Below are positions 10,215 through 20,247 of a DNA stretch of 64,000 nucleotides, piece by piece. How positions within the stretch are numbered: the first letter of the stretch is position 1; every line of letters begins with the position of its first letter. The notes beneath the pieces were generated by a model that was not told where the DNA came from, searched no databases, and saw only the letters and a program-made list of their open reading frames with translations. Origin of the DNA: Negativicutes bacterium (GTDB lineage Bacteria; Bacillota; Negativicutes; UBA1444); the NCBI GenBank assembly GCA_963665275.2, contig CAXXIN010000005.1, positions 32,001-96,000 on the forward strand, written 5' to 3'. The translations under genes were made by a program, and so were the position numbers.

Positions 10215-11126
10215 TTACAGGTAGGCCGTCAGATCTTTCACATAGGACCGGATATTGTCGACGGATTTGGCAAACAATCGATCTTCGTCGGCGGAGAGCG
10301 GCAGATCGACAACTTGTTTTGCGCCCGCTCGGTTAACGATAGTCGGCACACTGACGCAGACACCCAGTTCTTCCTGATAGGTACATACAGGCAGGACGGC
10401 GTTGCTGTCGCGAACCAGCGCTTCAAGCACTGCACAGGCAGATACGGCCGGGGCAAAAACAGTGCCGCCTTTGAGCGCAATCACCTGCCCGGAGGCCGCA
10501 ATGACCTCGCTGACCACGGAATCCAGCGCTTCGGGGCTGTACCCGGGCCATTGGTCCAAGGGAATGCCGCGTACCCTGATTCCTGTTTTTATTGGCACCA
10601 TCGTTTCACCATGTTCGCCAATAACATAAGCGTCGATATCCCGGGCATCGGCACCGAAATCGCGTGCGAGCGAAGAACGGTAACGGCTGGTGTCCAGAAC
10701 GGTCCCCATGCCGATAACCCGTTCGCGCGGCAGGCCGGAGGCCTTGAAGGCCAGTTGGGTCATCACATCCAGTGGGTTGGTGATCATGAATAGAATGCAA
10801 TTCGGGCTGAAGCGAACTACTTGTTTCACGATATCGCCGATTAGCGCGGCGTTGCGGGAGAGCAGCAGAACGCGGGGTTCATCTGCTTTGCGAGGGATTC
10901 CGGCGGTGACCACAACAATGTCCGAACCGGCGGTGTCGGCCAAATCCCCTTGGCGGACGCTGGCCTGCGGCGCAAAAGCACGACATTGCAGGACATCCAG
11001 GGCTTCGCCTTTAGCCTTGTCGCAGCTGGCATCGACCAGTACGATGTCATCCGTCAAGCTTTTGAGCAATGCTGTATAAGCGACGGTCGAACCGACCTTG
11101 CCGCAACCGACTACTGAAATTTTCAT
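10215..11126 (-). CDS. mdh: LDH-like malate dehydrogenase
   Basis: GCGKVG Rossmann motif; TAGIPRK has Arg at the specificity position (LDH has Gln); NPLD, GEHG and FAPA motifs. Confidence 0.75.
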   Translation of the reverse strand: MKISVVGCGKVGSTVAYTALLKSLTDDIVLVDASCDKAKGEALDVLQCRAFAPQASVRQGDLADTAGSDIVVVTAGIPRKADEPRVLLLSRNAALIGDIVKQVVRFSPNCILFMITNPLDVMTQLAFKASGLPRERVIGMGTVLDTSRYRSSLARDFGADARDIDAYVIGEHGETMVPIKTGIRVRGIPLDQWPGYSPEALDSVVSEVIAASGQVIALKGGTVFAPAVSACAVLEALVRDSNAVLPVCTYQEELGVCVSVPTIVNRAGAKQVVDLPLSADEDRLFAKSVDNIRSYVKDLTAYL

Positions 11127-11206
11127 TGAAAATACATCTCCTCTATAATGATTCAAGTGGGTTCAAGATGGTGAGTACAGTTGGAACTGAAAATATCATA
11201 TTTATA

Positions 11207-11234
11207 ATTCTTTACAAATGAAGGATTATCCTGC
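11207..11234 (-). promoter_or_regulatory. sigmaH-like promoter (GCAGGA-N18-GAAT)
   Basis: Close match to the SigH consensus, upstream of mdh. Confidence 0.6.
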
Positions 11235-11384
11235 AACCCTGTTGGTTGTTTTGTTCACTGAAGGAATGGTACTAAAAAGGGATTTGTTCAAATATAAAGA
11301 ATAATACAAAAAAGGAATTGTTTGTCATTGGGAAGCCTCTGAACCTTTAACAATGTATTTTTCACGTCAGGAGTGCGGCGCATT

Positions 11385-14300
11385 GTGAAAAAAAGACTGA
11401 CAAATAAGATGTTCCGTTGGATTCTTATCAGTACTTTATTGGCGTTTATCATGTTAAACATGGCAAACTATTATTTTGCGTCAAAGTCCTATTTTGATCG
11501 AATCGCCAAAGAAAATCTAATTCACACAAGAAATGTGGCTCTCAGTGTGTCGTCTTTTTACGAAACGGTATATCGGGTAGTCGGGGAAATGGCGCAGGCC
11601 CAGGAAATTAAAAGCATGGATTCTGCGCAGCAGCAACCTTTTGTTAATGAGCGATTTTCACAGTATGGTTTTTTTGATAATCTAGTTATTCAAAGAGTTC
11701 CGGATGGCGAACAGACTGCACGGGTGCGAGGGGAAAAAGCAATCCGCCCTGACCGGTGGTGGTTCAGTAAAGTTGTGGATGAGAAGCGCCCCTATGTCAG
11801 CCCCTCTTTTTATTCTTTTGGATACGACAAAAACATGCCTACCACCGCGACAGGTGTTTTTTTTCCGGTGATGCGGGGCGATACGCTCGTCGGAGCAATG
11901 GCGGCATTTTTGCGGGTGGAAGAAATCCAGAACCGGGTCGGCCGACATTATCTTGGCGATGACCGATACACGTATATTCTGGATGAAGAAGGCGTTGTGG
12001 TTGCGCATCCGGAGTGGGAAAAAGTTAAGGCGCATCATAATTTAAAAAATGGTCAGAAAGCTCGGGTAGCTCGAAATTTCAAAGGGGATACGCTGCTGAA
12101 CGGACAGGATTACCTGTTGGACTACGAAGCGATAGCGGTGGCGCCGGGGCTGCAGCAAATCGTCGCGAGGGTGTTGACCGGCGAATCCGGCGCAACGGAA
12201 TATACGGATCTCGACGGGAAGGTAATGTTCTGCAGTTACGTTCCGCTTATCATGCCCGGCTATGGTGCGTCGTGGGCCGCTATAACCGTTCAGGATAAAA
12301 ACCTGGCCTTGGCTCCAATGCAGCAGGCGGCGGGCAGAAATGCAGCACTGTCATTTATTGTGATGGCTGGGTTGGCCGCTATGATAATTCGACAAAGCCG
12401 GGAGATCGAAAAAAACTCCTTGCAACTATCAGAAACCAATATAGTCCTGGAAAAAGAAGTATGCGAACGGACCCGGGCGGAAGAGGACCTGCGGATAGTC
12501 AACGAAGAACTAACAGCCATGAACGAAGAAATGGTTGCAGTTACGGATGAGTTGCAACATACAAATCAAAAGATGCTGCTGGAGATCGCCGAGAAGCAGA
12601 CCGCAGAAATGCAGTTGCATCTGCGTGAGCGGCAGTATCGGGCCATGACTCGTTTAATTGTCGACAACAACGCTGAATTTGACGTCCAGATGCAAAGCAT
12701 GTTGGAAAGCGCCCTGGGTTTGGCTGATGCGGCTGACGGGTACATAACTCTCATTGAGGACGGACAGGCTGTCATTCGGTATGTGCGCGGCAATCGGGAT
12801 GTCTTGCTTGGTACAATATTGTCGATGGATTATGGGCTGTTTCCCTCATTGCTGGCGACAGGCGAGCTTCAATATATGGAAGATTATCAGAACTTTCCGG
12901 GGCGCCGTCGTGGAGTTCTATGGGAGAATCAAAGCACCGCTGTCATGTTTCCGTTGAAGCGGGAAGAACAGGTTGTGGGCGGATTGGCGATAACCTGGAA
13001 AGATGACATTCACCCCCTGCTAACCGATGAAATCGAAATGCTGCAACAATTCGCAGACCTAGCCTCGCTGGCGCTGCAGGGTGGAAAATTGCGGGAGGCG
13101 ATCAAACAGGAACTGCTGCAGCGGGAGATGTTGCACCAAAAGATCAGCCATATGGCCTTCCATGATAGTTTGACAGGCCTTCCGAACCGCGCCTGCCTGA
13201 CGGAACGTCTTCAAGTGGAACTGGAGGCGGTAGCACAAGGGGCATGTGGCGGGGTCATCTATTTCGTTGACCTGGATGATTTGAAGAGTATCAATGACAA
13301 TTTCGGTCATTCGGCCGGAGACCGCCTGATTATTGCGGCCGGTAAGAAAATACAAACCATCGCAGGTGAAAAGGCTTTTGTCGCGCGTCTGGGCGGTGAC
13401 GAATTTATCATTGTGCTGTCGGACTGCTTGGAAACGGCAGAGATTGCCGGTCTCGGGCATCGATTGATTGATGGACTTAACAGGGATTATCAGGTCATCA
13501 ATGAGACAACTCAGGTGTCTGCCAGCGTGGGAATTGCCCTTTTCCCGCAAGACGGGAACACGGTTGAAGAATTGATGAAAATGGCGGATAACGCCATGTA
13601 TGCGGCCAAATCCGCCGGCCGGAACTGCTGGCGATTCTTCGACCCAGCCATGCTGCGCGATTCCCAGGAAAAAATGCTGCTGACGAACAGTTTGCGCCGG
13701 GCTCTGGAAAGAAAAGAGCTTCAAGTGGTCTACCAACCGCAGGTGGATATGAAGAACGGCAGGGTTGTGGGTTTTGAGGCGCTTCTCAGGTGGGATAGTA
13801 AGGAGCACGGAGTCGTTTCTCCGGTTCGCTTCATTCCCTTAGCCGAACAACATCAGCTGATTATCCCCATAGGCAGGTGGGTAATGGAGCAAGCCTGCAC
13901 TTTCGCCAAGTGGCTTTCTCAGTCGGGATATCCTGAAGTGCGTGTTGCGGTAAACCTCTCGCCGAAGCAGCTGGCCGACGAGCATTTGATTGGCGACGTA
14001 GGTCGACTGATTGAAACAGCCGGTATTCTTTCAAGCCAACTGGAACTGGAAATCACGGAAAGCGCATTGTTGGCGTCAATCGAAGACAGCAGTCGAAAAT
14101 TGCATGAACTGGATGCTCTCGGTGTCCGGTTAGCGCTGGATGACTTTGGGACGGGGTATTCGTCGTTAACTTATTTGCGCCTGTTCCCGGTCGAGACGTT
14201 GAAAATTGATAAGTCATTCATTGACAATATTCCGGAGCGAGAGACCGTACTAGTTCAATCAATCATCCATTTTGCCCAGAGTCTGAACATGAATGTCGTA

Positions 14301-14447
14301 GCCGAGGGAGTGGAGCGTCAGGAACAGTGGGATTTCTTGAATGAATGCGGCTGCGATTTGGTGCAGGGATATTTCATGAGCCGACCAGTGCCGGAAGAAT
14401 CTGCGGTTCAGTTTTTGCTGGAAAGAAACGGCCGGAGCGATGCATAG
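11385..14447 (+). CDS. Membrane c-di-GMP enzyme: TM-dCache-TM-coiled coil-GAF-GGDEF-EAL
   Basis: RWWF/PYVS and YILDEEGVVVAHP Cache motifs; RLGGDEF without an RxxD I-site; GFEALLRW, ELEITES and DDFGTGYSSL. Confidence 0.92.
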   Translation: MKKRLTNKMFRWILISTLLAFIMLNMANYYFASKSYFDRIAKENLIHTRNVALSVSSFYETVYRVVGEMAQAQEIKSMDSAQQQPFVNERFSQYGFFDNLVIQRVPDGEQTARVRGEKAIRPDRWWFSKVVDEKRPYVSPSFYSFGYDKNMPTTATGVFFPVMRGDTLVGAMAAFLRVEEIQNRVGRHYLGDDRYTYILDEEGVVVAHPEWEKVKAHHNLKNGQKARVARNFKGDTLLNGQDYLLDYEAIAVAPGLQQIVARVLTGESGATEYTDLDGKVMFCSYVPLIMPGYGASWAAITVQDKNLALAPMQQAAGRNAALSFIVMAGLAAMIIRQSREIEKNSLQLSETNIVLEKEVCERTRAEEDLRIVNEELTAMNEEMVAVTDELQHTNQKMLLEIAEKQTAEMQLHLRERQYRAMTRLIVDNNAEFDVQMQSMLESALGLADAADGYITLIEDGQAVIRYVRGNRDVLLGTILSMDYGLFPSLLATGELQYMEDYQNFPGRRRGVLWENQSTAVMFPLKREEQVVGGLAITWKDDIHPLLTDEIEMLQQFADLASLALQGGKLREAIKQELLQREMLHQKISHMAFHDSLTGLPNRACLTERLQVELEAVAQGACGGVIYFVDLDDLKSINDNFGHSAGDRLIIAAGKKIQTIAGEKAFVARLGGDEFIIVLSDCLETAEIAGLGHRLIDGLNRDYQVINETTQVSASVGIALFPQDGNTVEELMKMADNAMYAAKSAGRNCWRFFDPAMLRDSQEKMLLTNSLRRALERKELQVVYQPQVDMKNGRVVGFEALLRWDSKEHGVVSPVRFIPLAEQHQLIIPIGRWVMEQACTFAKWLSQSGYPEVRVAVNLSPKQLADEHLIGDVGRLIETAGILSSQLELEITESALLASIEDSSRKLHELDALGVRLALDDFGTGYSSLTYLRLFPVETLKIDKSFIDNIPERETVLVQSIIHFAQSLNMNVVAEGVERQEQWDFLNECGCDLVQGYFMSRPVPEESAVQFLLERNGRSDA

Positions 14448-14499
14448 AAAAAGCCGGGACTGGAGACATGCGGGCGAAACCCATTGAGAAGGGGGCGCT

Positions 14500-15534
14500 G
14501 TGATGCAGAAAAAGTCAAGGATTGCAGGAACTTGGGCTAGCTGCATGATTGTTTTGATTGCAGTCGTGACAGGCTGCTCAAACGGAACTCCCGGCGGCTT
14601 GAGCCCTTCGCAGCGAGTGGTGTTGAAGTTGGGCACGGAAACAGCAATTAACACACCAGAAACCCGCGGTTCGCAGAAGTTGGCTGACTTGGTAAAGGAA
14701 AAATCAAAAGGGACGCTGATGATTGAAGTTTTCGAAGATGCGAAACTGGGCTCGATGAAAGAGCGGGCCGAAGGCATGCGTATGGGAACGATCGATATGG
14801 GAACTTCGTCAGTCGGCTTTTTGGCTTCATTTGTACCGGTTCTGGGTATTTTTGATTTGCCATATATTTATAAGGATAAGGCCCATGAATTGCGGGTATT
14901 CGATAGCGAGGTCGGGAAGGAAACCGACAAAAAAATGCAAGCTCAGGGCTTGCGTGTAATTTGTTATTTCGATGCAGGAACAAGACAGATCACCAATAAT
15001 CGCCAGCCTGTTCAAGCCCCGGCTGACCTTAGAGGCATTAGGATTCGCGTGCCGCAGACAGATGCCAGTATCGAAGGATTAAAGGCATTGGGAGCAATCC
15101 CGACGCCGATGGCATTCGGTGAAGTCTACTCTGCATTGAAGCAAAATGTGGTGGAAGGGCAGGAAAATCCAGTTTCACTGGTGCTTTATAATAAATTCTA
15201 TGAAGTGCAGAAATATCTCTCGTTGACAAATCATCAGTATTTTATTCAGGTGCTAACTATCAGCGAAAAAATTTGGCAAAAATTATCGCCGGAACATCAA
15301 ACAATTCTATTGGAGTCTGCGCAAGAAGCGCAGGGCTATCAACGAAGCCTCGAAGCTGCGGAAGAACAAGAACTGGTTAAAATTTTAAAAGATCGCGGCA
15401 TGCAGGTTAACGAAGTGAATAACGTGAGCGCGTTTGCCGAACTCACGTATCCATTGCGAAATTTCTACATAAAAAAACTGGGGCAGCCCGCCAAAGAACT
15501 GTTCGATAAAATCGACACCCTGCGCGACCAATAA
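14500..15534 (+). CDS. dctP: TRAP substrate-binding lipoprotein DctP (orphan)
   Basis: Lipobox VTGC; RIRVP, PTPMAFGEVY, GQENP and EVQKYLSLTNH; no dctQM adjacent. Confidence 0.92.
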   Translation: MMQKKSRIAGTWASCMIVLIAVVTGCSNGTPGGLSPSQRVVLKLGTETAINTPETRGSQKLADLVKEKSKGTLMIEVFEDAKLGSMKERAEGMRMGTIDMGTSSVGFLASFVPVLGIFDLPYIYKDKAHELRVFDSEVGKETDKKMQAQGLRVICYFDAGTRQITNNRQPVQAPADLRGIRIRVPQTDASIEGLKALGAIPTPMAFGEVYSALKQNVVEGQENPVSLVLYNKFYEVQKYLSLTNHQYFIQVLTISEKIWQKLSPEHQTILLESAQEAQGYQRSLEAAEEQELVKILKDRGMQVNEVNNVSAFAELTYPLRNFYIKKLGQPAKELFDKIDTLRDQ

Positions 15535-15547
15535 GGCCGCTCAATTC

Positions 15548-16126
15548 TTACATTGCTGCCACATCTATGTCATATTCTATTTTTCGGGCAACCTTTTGCG
15601 CGACTTCGATGCCGAACAACTCCCGCAGCAGGTAAAAACCCAGTTCGATGCCGGAACTGACACCGCCGGCGGTGATGATGCCTTCCTGCGGAACCACCTT
15701 TTCAGACAGGACTGTTATATTGTAGGCGGCCAACTCTTCAAAGCACTCATGATAGGTTGTCGCTTGCTTGCCGGTCAGCAATCCGGCTTCCGCCAACAGG
15801 AACGCGCCGGTGCAGACAGAGGCGATGTAGCGGGCCTGAGGTGCTTGTTTTTGAATGAATTGAATGAGTGCAGCGTTCTTCATTGCAATTAATCTGCCCT
15901 TTCCGCCTGGAACAACCAAGATGTCAAGTTTTGGGCAGGTTTCCAGCGCTATATCCGGCAAGATCCTCATGCCGTTATATGCCCGTACTGTGTCGGTCGT
16001 TTCTGCAACCAACAGGACCCTCGTGCTGTCCGGGCGGATTTTGTTTATATAGCTCAGGACTTCAAACGGCCCCACAAAATCCAGCTCTTCGACATTCGGG
16101 AAAATCAGTATGCCGATCATTAACAC
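15548..16126 (-). CDS. DJ-1/PfpI family protein
   Basis: EELDFVGPFEV, VVPGG, ASVCTGA and TAGGVSSGI; GTG start after AAGGAG. Confidence 0.9.
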   Translation of the reverse strand: MLMIGILIFPNVEELDFVGPFEVLSYINKIRPDSTRVLLVAETTDTVRAYNGMRILPDIALETCPKLDILVVPGGKGRLIAMKNAALIQFIQKQAPQARYIASVCTGAFLLAEAGLLTGKQATTYHECFEELAAYNITVLSEKVVPQEGIITAGGVSSGIELGFYLLRELFGIEVAQKVARKIEYDIDVAAM

Positions 16127-16270
16127 AACAATCACTCCTTGAGCAAATAATAGGTCCCCTTCAATAATAGCGCCAAACATTGAGTATGGCAACAGAAACG
16201 CATTTGTCCCTGCCGGAGGGTTGCGCAGAAAGTTGGCAGGGTAGGAGCCCGTTGAAGACACTTAGATGTT

Positions 16271-17701
16271 TTAGATTGAATCGGCAGCTTCTTCCGCGGC
16301 TACGGCCCCGGCGTCGATTTTAATCGGATTGGTATCGAGAATATGGACAATGAGGAAGATGCTGACGCATACCAGCCATTCCAGGTAAATCACATGCGGC
16401 AGTATACGAATGGCGGGAAATGTCTGCCAAAGCACCAGGGTCAACAGGCCGCCCGCGATGGTATAAAAAGCCGAATTCTTGCGGCAAAGTCCAGGTGCGA
16501 ACAGAGTGAACAGGACGACTACGCTGAAAGCAGCGGTCAGACTGAGCCCGACCATCAACGTCTGGATGATGCCGCTGACGGTCATGGCAAGCACCAACGT
16601 CAAAGCACCCAGTACGAGTACGGAACCTTTGGTTACCAATAGCAGTTTTTGTTCCGAAGTGTCAGGATTGATCATCCGTTTGTAGATATCCTGCGAAAAC
16701 AGTGTGGCCGAACTGAGCAGCAAATTACAGGCTGTAGAAATATCGGCGGCCCAGAGCGCGGCGAGGGTTATGCCTGACAGGACCGGATGCAGGGACATGA
16801 TCATCAACGGCAGGGCCATGGCGGCGCTCACATCGGGATGGTTTGCCTTGGCAATGATGCCCATCAGGGCGCAAACGAAACCGATCGGGAGCATCATGAT
16901 GCCGCCGATGACGAAGCCGCGCTGTGCGGTAGCAACGTCTCGGGCGCCAAGTGAGATCTGAATGATGCTTTGCAGGGAAAGATTCACTGTGACCAACACC
17001 AGGATCCAACCGATGATGCCAAAGGGACCCACTCCGTCGATCAGGCTGGTATAGGGAACCGATGGCGGCAACTTGGCGACGATCGCGTCCATGCCGCCGG
17101 CTTGCACGACGCTGACGATGGTGGCGGTCACAATGCCGACATAGATCAGAAGCACATTCAGTATGTTCGATAAACTGGCCGACCACATGCCTCCAATGAA
17201 GGTGATGCCGATAAAGACCACCGCACTGGTCAACATGCCACTGGAGAAACTGAAGATGTTGGGCAGCATGACATGTAGGATGGTGCCGCCGGCGATATAT
17301 TGCAAAGATGTAATGACGAGTTGGATGATGATCTGGCATACAACGCCGATCACCATTCCTTTTTTATCATAGAACCGTTCCAGCAGTTCGGGGATGGTGG
17401 AGATTCGTAGCTGCCGGTATTTTTTGGCGACTAACAGGCCCATGCAGATTGCTCCGATGCCCCACGCCGCAGTGTACCAACCGGCTGAAAGGCCCACTTT
17501 ATAGGCCTGCTCTGAGACTCCGATCGTTGACGCGCCGCCGATGGCCAGACCGACGATCGAGACGGTTACAAGGGTCGTCGTGAGTTTGCGACCAGCCAGG
17601 ACGTAATTCTCCACACCGCCTCGGGCGCGTTTTTCCGCCCAGAAACTGATTAGAAAGAGCACCGCGATGTAAATTAGAACGATTGCCAATGGAATGCTCA
17701 T
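16271..17701 (-). CDS. Sodium:solute symporter (SSS/SLC5), predicted phenylalanine/aromatic amino acid transporter
   Basis: YVLAGRKL, IGGASTIG, TIPELLERFY and WAADISTA motifs; T-box leader upstream. Confidence 0.88.
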   Translation of the reverse strand: MSIPLAIVLIYIAVLFLISFWAEKRARGGVENYVLAGRKLTTTLVTVSIVGLAIGGASTIGVSEQAYKVGLSAGWYTAAWGIGAICMGLLVAKKYRQLRISTIPELLERFYDKKGMVIGVVCQIIIQLVITSLQYIAGGTILHVMLPNIFSFSSGMLTSAVVFIGITFIGGMWSASLSNILNVLLIYVGIVTATIVSVVQAGGMDAIVAKLPPSVPYTSLIDGVGPFGIIGWILVLVTVNLSLQSIIQISLGARDVATAQRGFVIGGIMMLPIGFVCALMGIIAKANHPDVSAAMALPLMIMSLHPVLSGITLAALWAADISTACNLLLSSATLFSQDIYKRMINPDTSEQKLLLVTKGSVLVLGALTLVLAMTVSGIIQTLMVGLSLTAAFSVVVLFTLFAPGLCRKNSAFYTIAGGLLTLVLWQTFPAIRILPHVIYLEWLVCVSIFLIVHILDTNPIKIDAGAVAAEEAADSI

Positions 17702-17744
17702 GATGGACCTCCTTCAATTTTTTTGCCTCCGGAATCCGATTTTG

Positions 17745-18030
17745 GGGCAAAAAAAATCATCCCCCGGAAAGGGACGATTTTATCGCGGTACCACCCAAAT
17801 AGATCAGCGTCAAGACATAAAAAAAGATACCGCACAGGGGCGAATTGTCGCGGTACCACCCTTTTAAGGACGCATGATCCTCTCAAAGCCATTAACGTCG
17901 GCATACGGCGCGGCCTACTATCAGTTCAGCCTGCTGTTCGGGAAGGAACTTCATCTTGCGTCTGCAACCGACTCGCACCACCCGTCGGCTCTCTGAATGT
18001 TTTCACAAGATTACTTTTTTCCGTCATCAC
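17745..18030 (-). ncRNA. T-box riboswitch (UUC/Phe specifier) with two antiterminator/terminator modules
   Basis: GTGATGA (GA motif), AGTA, AGAGA, GGTGCGA, GAA-G-UUC-C specifier loop, stem II AGTA, CGTTA F-box; two GGGTGGTACCGCG T-boxes (17849-17861 and 17784-17796), each followed by a U tract. Confidence 0.9.
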
Positions 18031-18057
18031 ATTTATTGATTTACAGTTCTTGATAGA

Positions 18058-18086
18058 ATTATGCAGGAATGAATAGGATTTGTCAA
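18058..18086 (-). promoter_or_regulatory. sigmaA promoter of the T-box leader
   Basis: TTGACA-N17-CATAAT. Confidence 0.75.
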
Positions 18087-18183
18087 CTGCAAACCCGAAA
18101 AATAAAGGATCAATGTTGAATGTTCCAAGGGCTGTTTTTTCAACCGATTGGTCAAACAATTAGAAGTTGATTCCCCTGCGGCC

Positions 18184-18212
18184 TTGACGGTCCGAACTTC
18201 AGGCGATAGAGT
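18184..18212 (+). promoter_or_regulatory. Possible sigmaA promoter of the ABC-F gene
   Basis: TTGACG-N17-TAGAGT. Confidence 0.45.
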
Positions 18213-18286
18213 GTAGATAGCAAAGTCGTGAAAAACGCGGCTCCTGCGGCTAGTACCGGTGAAAGAAAAAACAGAAGGATCGTGAC

Positions 18287-20212
18287 ATGAATTTACTAAC
18301 TGTGGAAAATTTGACTAAAAGTTATGGCGAAAGAGTTCTGTTCGAGCAGGTGACGCTGAGTATCAACTCAGGAGAAAAGATCGGGCTGATCGGCGTCAAT
18401 GGAACAGGTAAATCTACTTTTTTGCGTGTGTTGACCGGCGGCGAGCCTGCCGATTCCGGCAAGATCATGATCGCAAGCGGCGTGCGGATTGAATATCTGT
18501 CGCAGAATCCTGAGTTTGACGACGCTGCCACCGTGTTGGAGCAGGTTTTCAAGGGGAATTCACCGGCTATGCAGACGATACGGGATTACGAAGAGACGCT
18601 GGAGGCGGTCCAGCGGGAACCGGAAAATGCGGTTTGGCAACGAAAATTGATTAACCTGACTCAGCGCATGGATGAGACTGATGCCTGGAGACTCGAAAAC
18701 GAGGCCAAAACGATCCTGACCAAGCTCGGAATCCTTGATTTTGCAGCGAAGGTCAATCTCTTGTCGGGTGGACAGCGCAAGAGGATAGCGCTGGCGTCGG
18801 CCTTGATCAATCCTGCTGATTTGCTAATCCTGGACGAGCCGACCAACCATATCGACAACGAGATGGTCGCTTGGCTGGAAGAATACTTGCAGGCTTATAC
18901 CGGTTCACTTCTGATGATCACCCATGACCGTTATTTTCTGGACCGGGTTTCGAATCGCATTCTTGAAATCGACAAAGGGAAACTGTATCCCTATACCGGA
19001 AATTACGGCGATTTTCTCGTCAGCAAGGCAGAGCGTGAAGAACGTCAGGAGGGGAGCGAAAGGAAACGCCACAACCTTCTGCGTAATGAACTGGCCTGGA
19101 TACGCAGGGGCGCCCAGGCGCGGTCAACCAAACAAAAAGCTCGGATCGAGCGATTCGAGGAATTGAGCGCACAAAAAACAGACCTGCCGACAGGCAAACT
19201 GGAGATGGAGGTGGGTGCAAGCCGTCTGGGACGCAAGATCATCGAACTGACAGGAGTATCACACGGTTATGGCGGACCCGAATTGATCAGGGACTTCAGC
19301 TACAATGTGTTGCGTACTGATCGTATCGGCATCATCGGTCCGAATGGCAGCGGCAAATCCACCCTCCTCAACATCGTCGCCGGGCGTCTGGTTCCTGAAA
19401 AAGGCTCGATAGAGATCGGTCAGACCGTGAAGTTGGGTTTTTTCTCACAGGAAAGCACTGAAATGGACGAAAAACTGCGTGTGATTGAATACATTCGGGA
19501 AGAAGCCAACTTCATCACCACGCTGGATGGGGAGACTGTCAGCGCCTCGCAGATGCTGGAACGGTTTCTGTTCCCCCCGAACGCCCAGTGGATGCCGATC
19601 GCCAAACTATCCGGCGGTGAGCGGCGACGGCTGTTCCTGCTGCGAATCCTGATGGGAGCGCCGAATGTGCTGTTGCTTGATGAGCCGACCAATGACCTGG
19701 ATGTGCAGACCCTCACCATTCTCGAAGATTATCTGGACGACTTTCCCGGAGCGGTGGTTGTTGTGTCCCATGATCGCTATTTTTTGGATCGGGTCGTGGA
19801 AAAAGTTTTTGCTTTTGAAGGAGACGGCGTGGTCACGCAGTACTCCGGCGGATTTAGCGACTATCAGGGAAAGCGGGTGGCGCCGGAACCGGCTCCCAGG
19901 GTGAAGGATAAAACCGGTGACGCGAAAAAAACGCTGCCGCCTGAGGCCGTCCGCTCGACTCGCAAATTCACATTCAAAGAGCAGCGTGAGTACGAAGAGA
20001 TTGATGCGGTGATCGCCGGAGTAGAGACTCAGTTGCAGGAGGTCGCCGGACGAATCAATAGCGCAGGAACGGATTTTGAACTGTTGCAGAAGCTGACAGT
20101 CGCCCAAAATGAATTGGAACAGCAGTTGGACGAACTGATGGAGCGTTGGACCTATTTGAATGAGTTGGCGGAAGAAATCCAAAAAGGCAGGGAAACAACC
20201 CGCTTGGATTGA
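18287..20212 (+). CDS. ABC-F ATPase, Uup/YfmR type
   Basis: Two ABC domains (GVNGTGKST, LSGGQ, DEPTN; GPNGSGKST, LSGGE), WIRRGAQARSTKQKARI linker, C-terminal coiled coil, no TM. Confidence 0.93.
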   Translation: MNLLTVENLTKSYGERVLFEQVTLSINSGEKIGLIGVNGTGKSTFLRVLTGGEPADSGKIMIASGVRIEYLSQNPEFDDAATVLEQVFKGNSPAMQTIRDYEETLEAVQREPENAVWQRKLINLTQRMDETDAWRLENEAKTILTKLGILDFAAKVNLLSGGQRKRIALASALINPADLLILDEPTNHIDNEMVAWLEEYLQAYTGSLLMITHDRYFLDRVSNRILEIDKGKLYPYTGNYGDFLVSKAEREERQEGSERKRHNLLRNELAWIRRGAQARSTKQKARIERFEELSAQKTDLPTGKLEMEVGASRLGRKIIELTGVSHGYGGPELIRDFSYNVLRTDRIGIIGPNGSGKSTLLNIVAGRLVPEKGSIEIGQTVKLGFFSQESTEMDEKLRVIEYIREEANFITTLDGETVSASQMLERFLFPPNAQWMPIAKLSGGERRRLFLLRILMGAPNVLLLDEPTNDLDVQTLTILEDYLDDFPGAVVVVSHDRYFLDRVVEKVFAFEGDGVVTQYSGGFSDYQGKRVAPEPAPRVKDKTGDAKKTLPPEAVRSTRKFTFKEQREYEEIDAVIAGVETQLQEVAGRINSAGTDFELLQKLTVAQNELEQQLDELMERWTYLNELAEEIQKGRETTRLD

Positions 20213-20247
20213 ATTTTTATAAACATACGAAATAGTGGGGGTAATTC

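Noticed and set aside
10215-11126. L-lactate dehydrogenase
   Set aside because: The substrate loop has Arg (GIPRK) rather than Gln, and FAPA rather than YGIG, which points to malate dehydrogenase
17784-17861. CRISPR-like direct repeat (CGCGGTACCACCC twice)
   Set aside because: Only two short copies, explained as T-box elements; no cas genes
17723-18159. Short ORFs in the SSS leader (17698-17904, 17723-18076, 17926-18159)
   Set aside because: They overlap the T-box RNA and have no RBS or recognisable protein features
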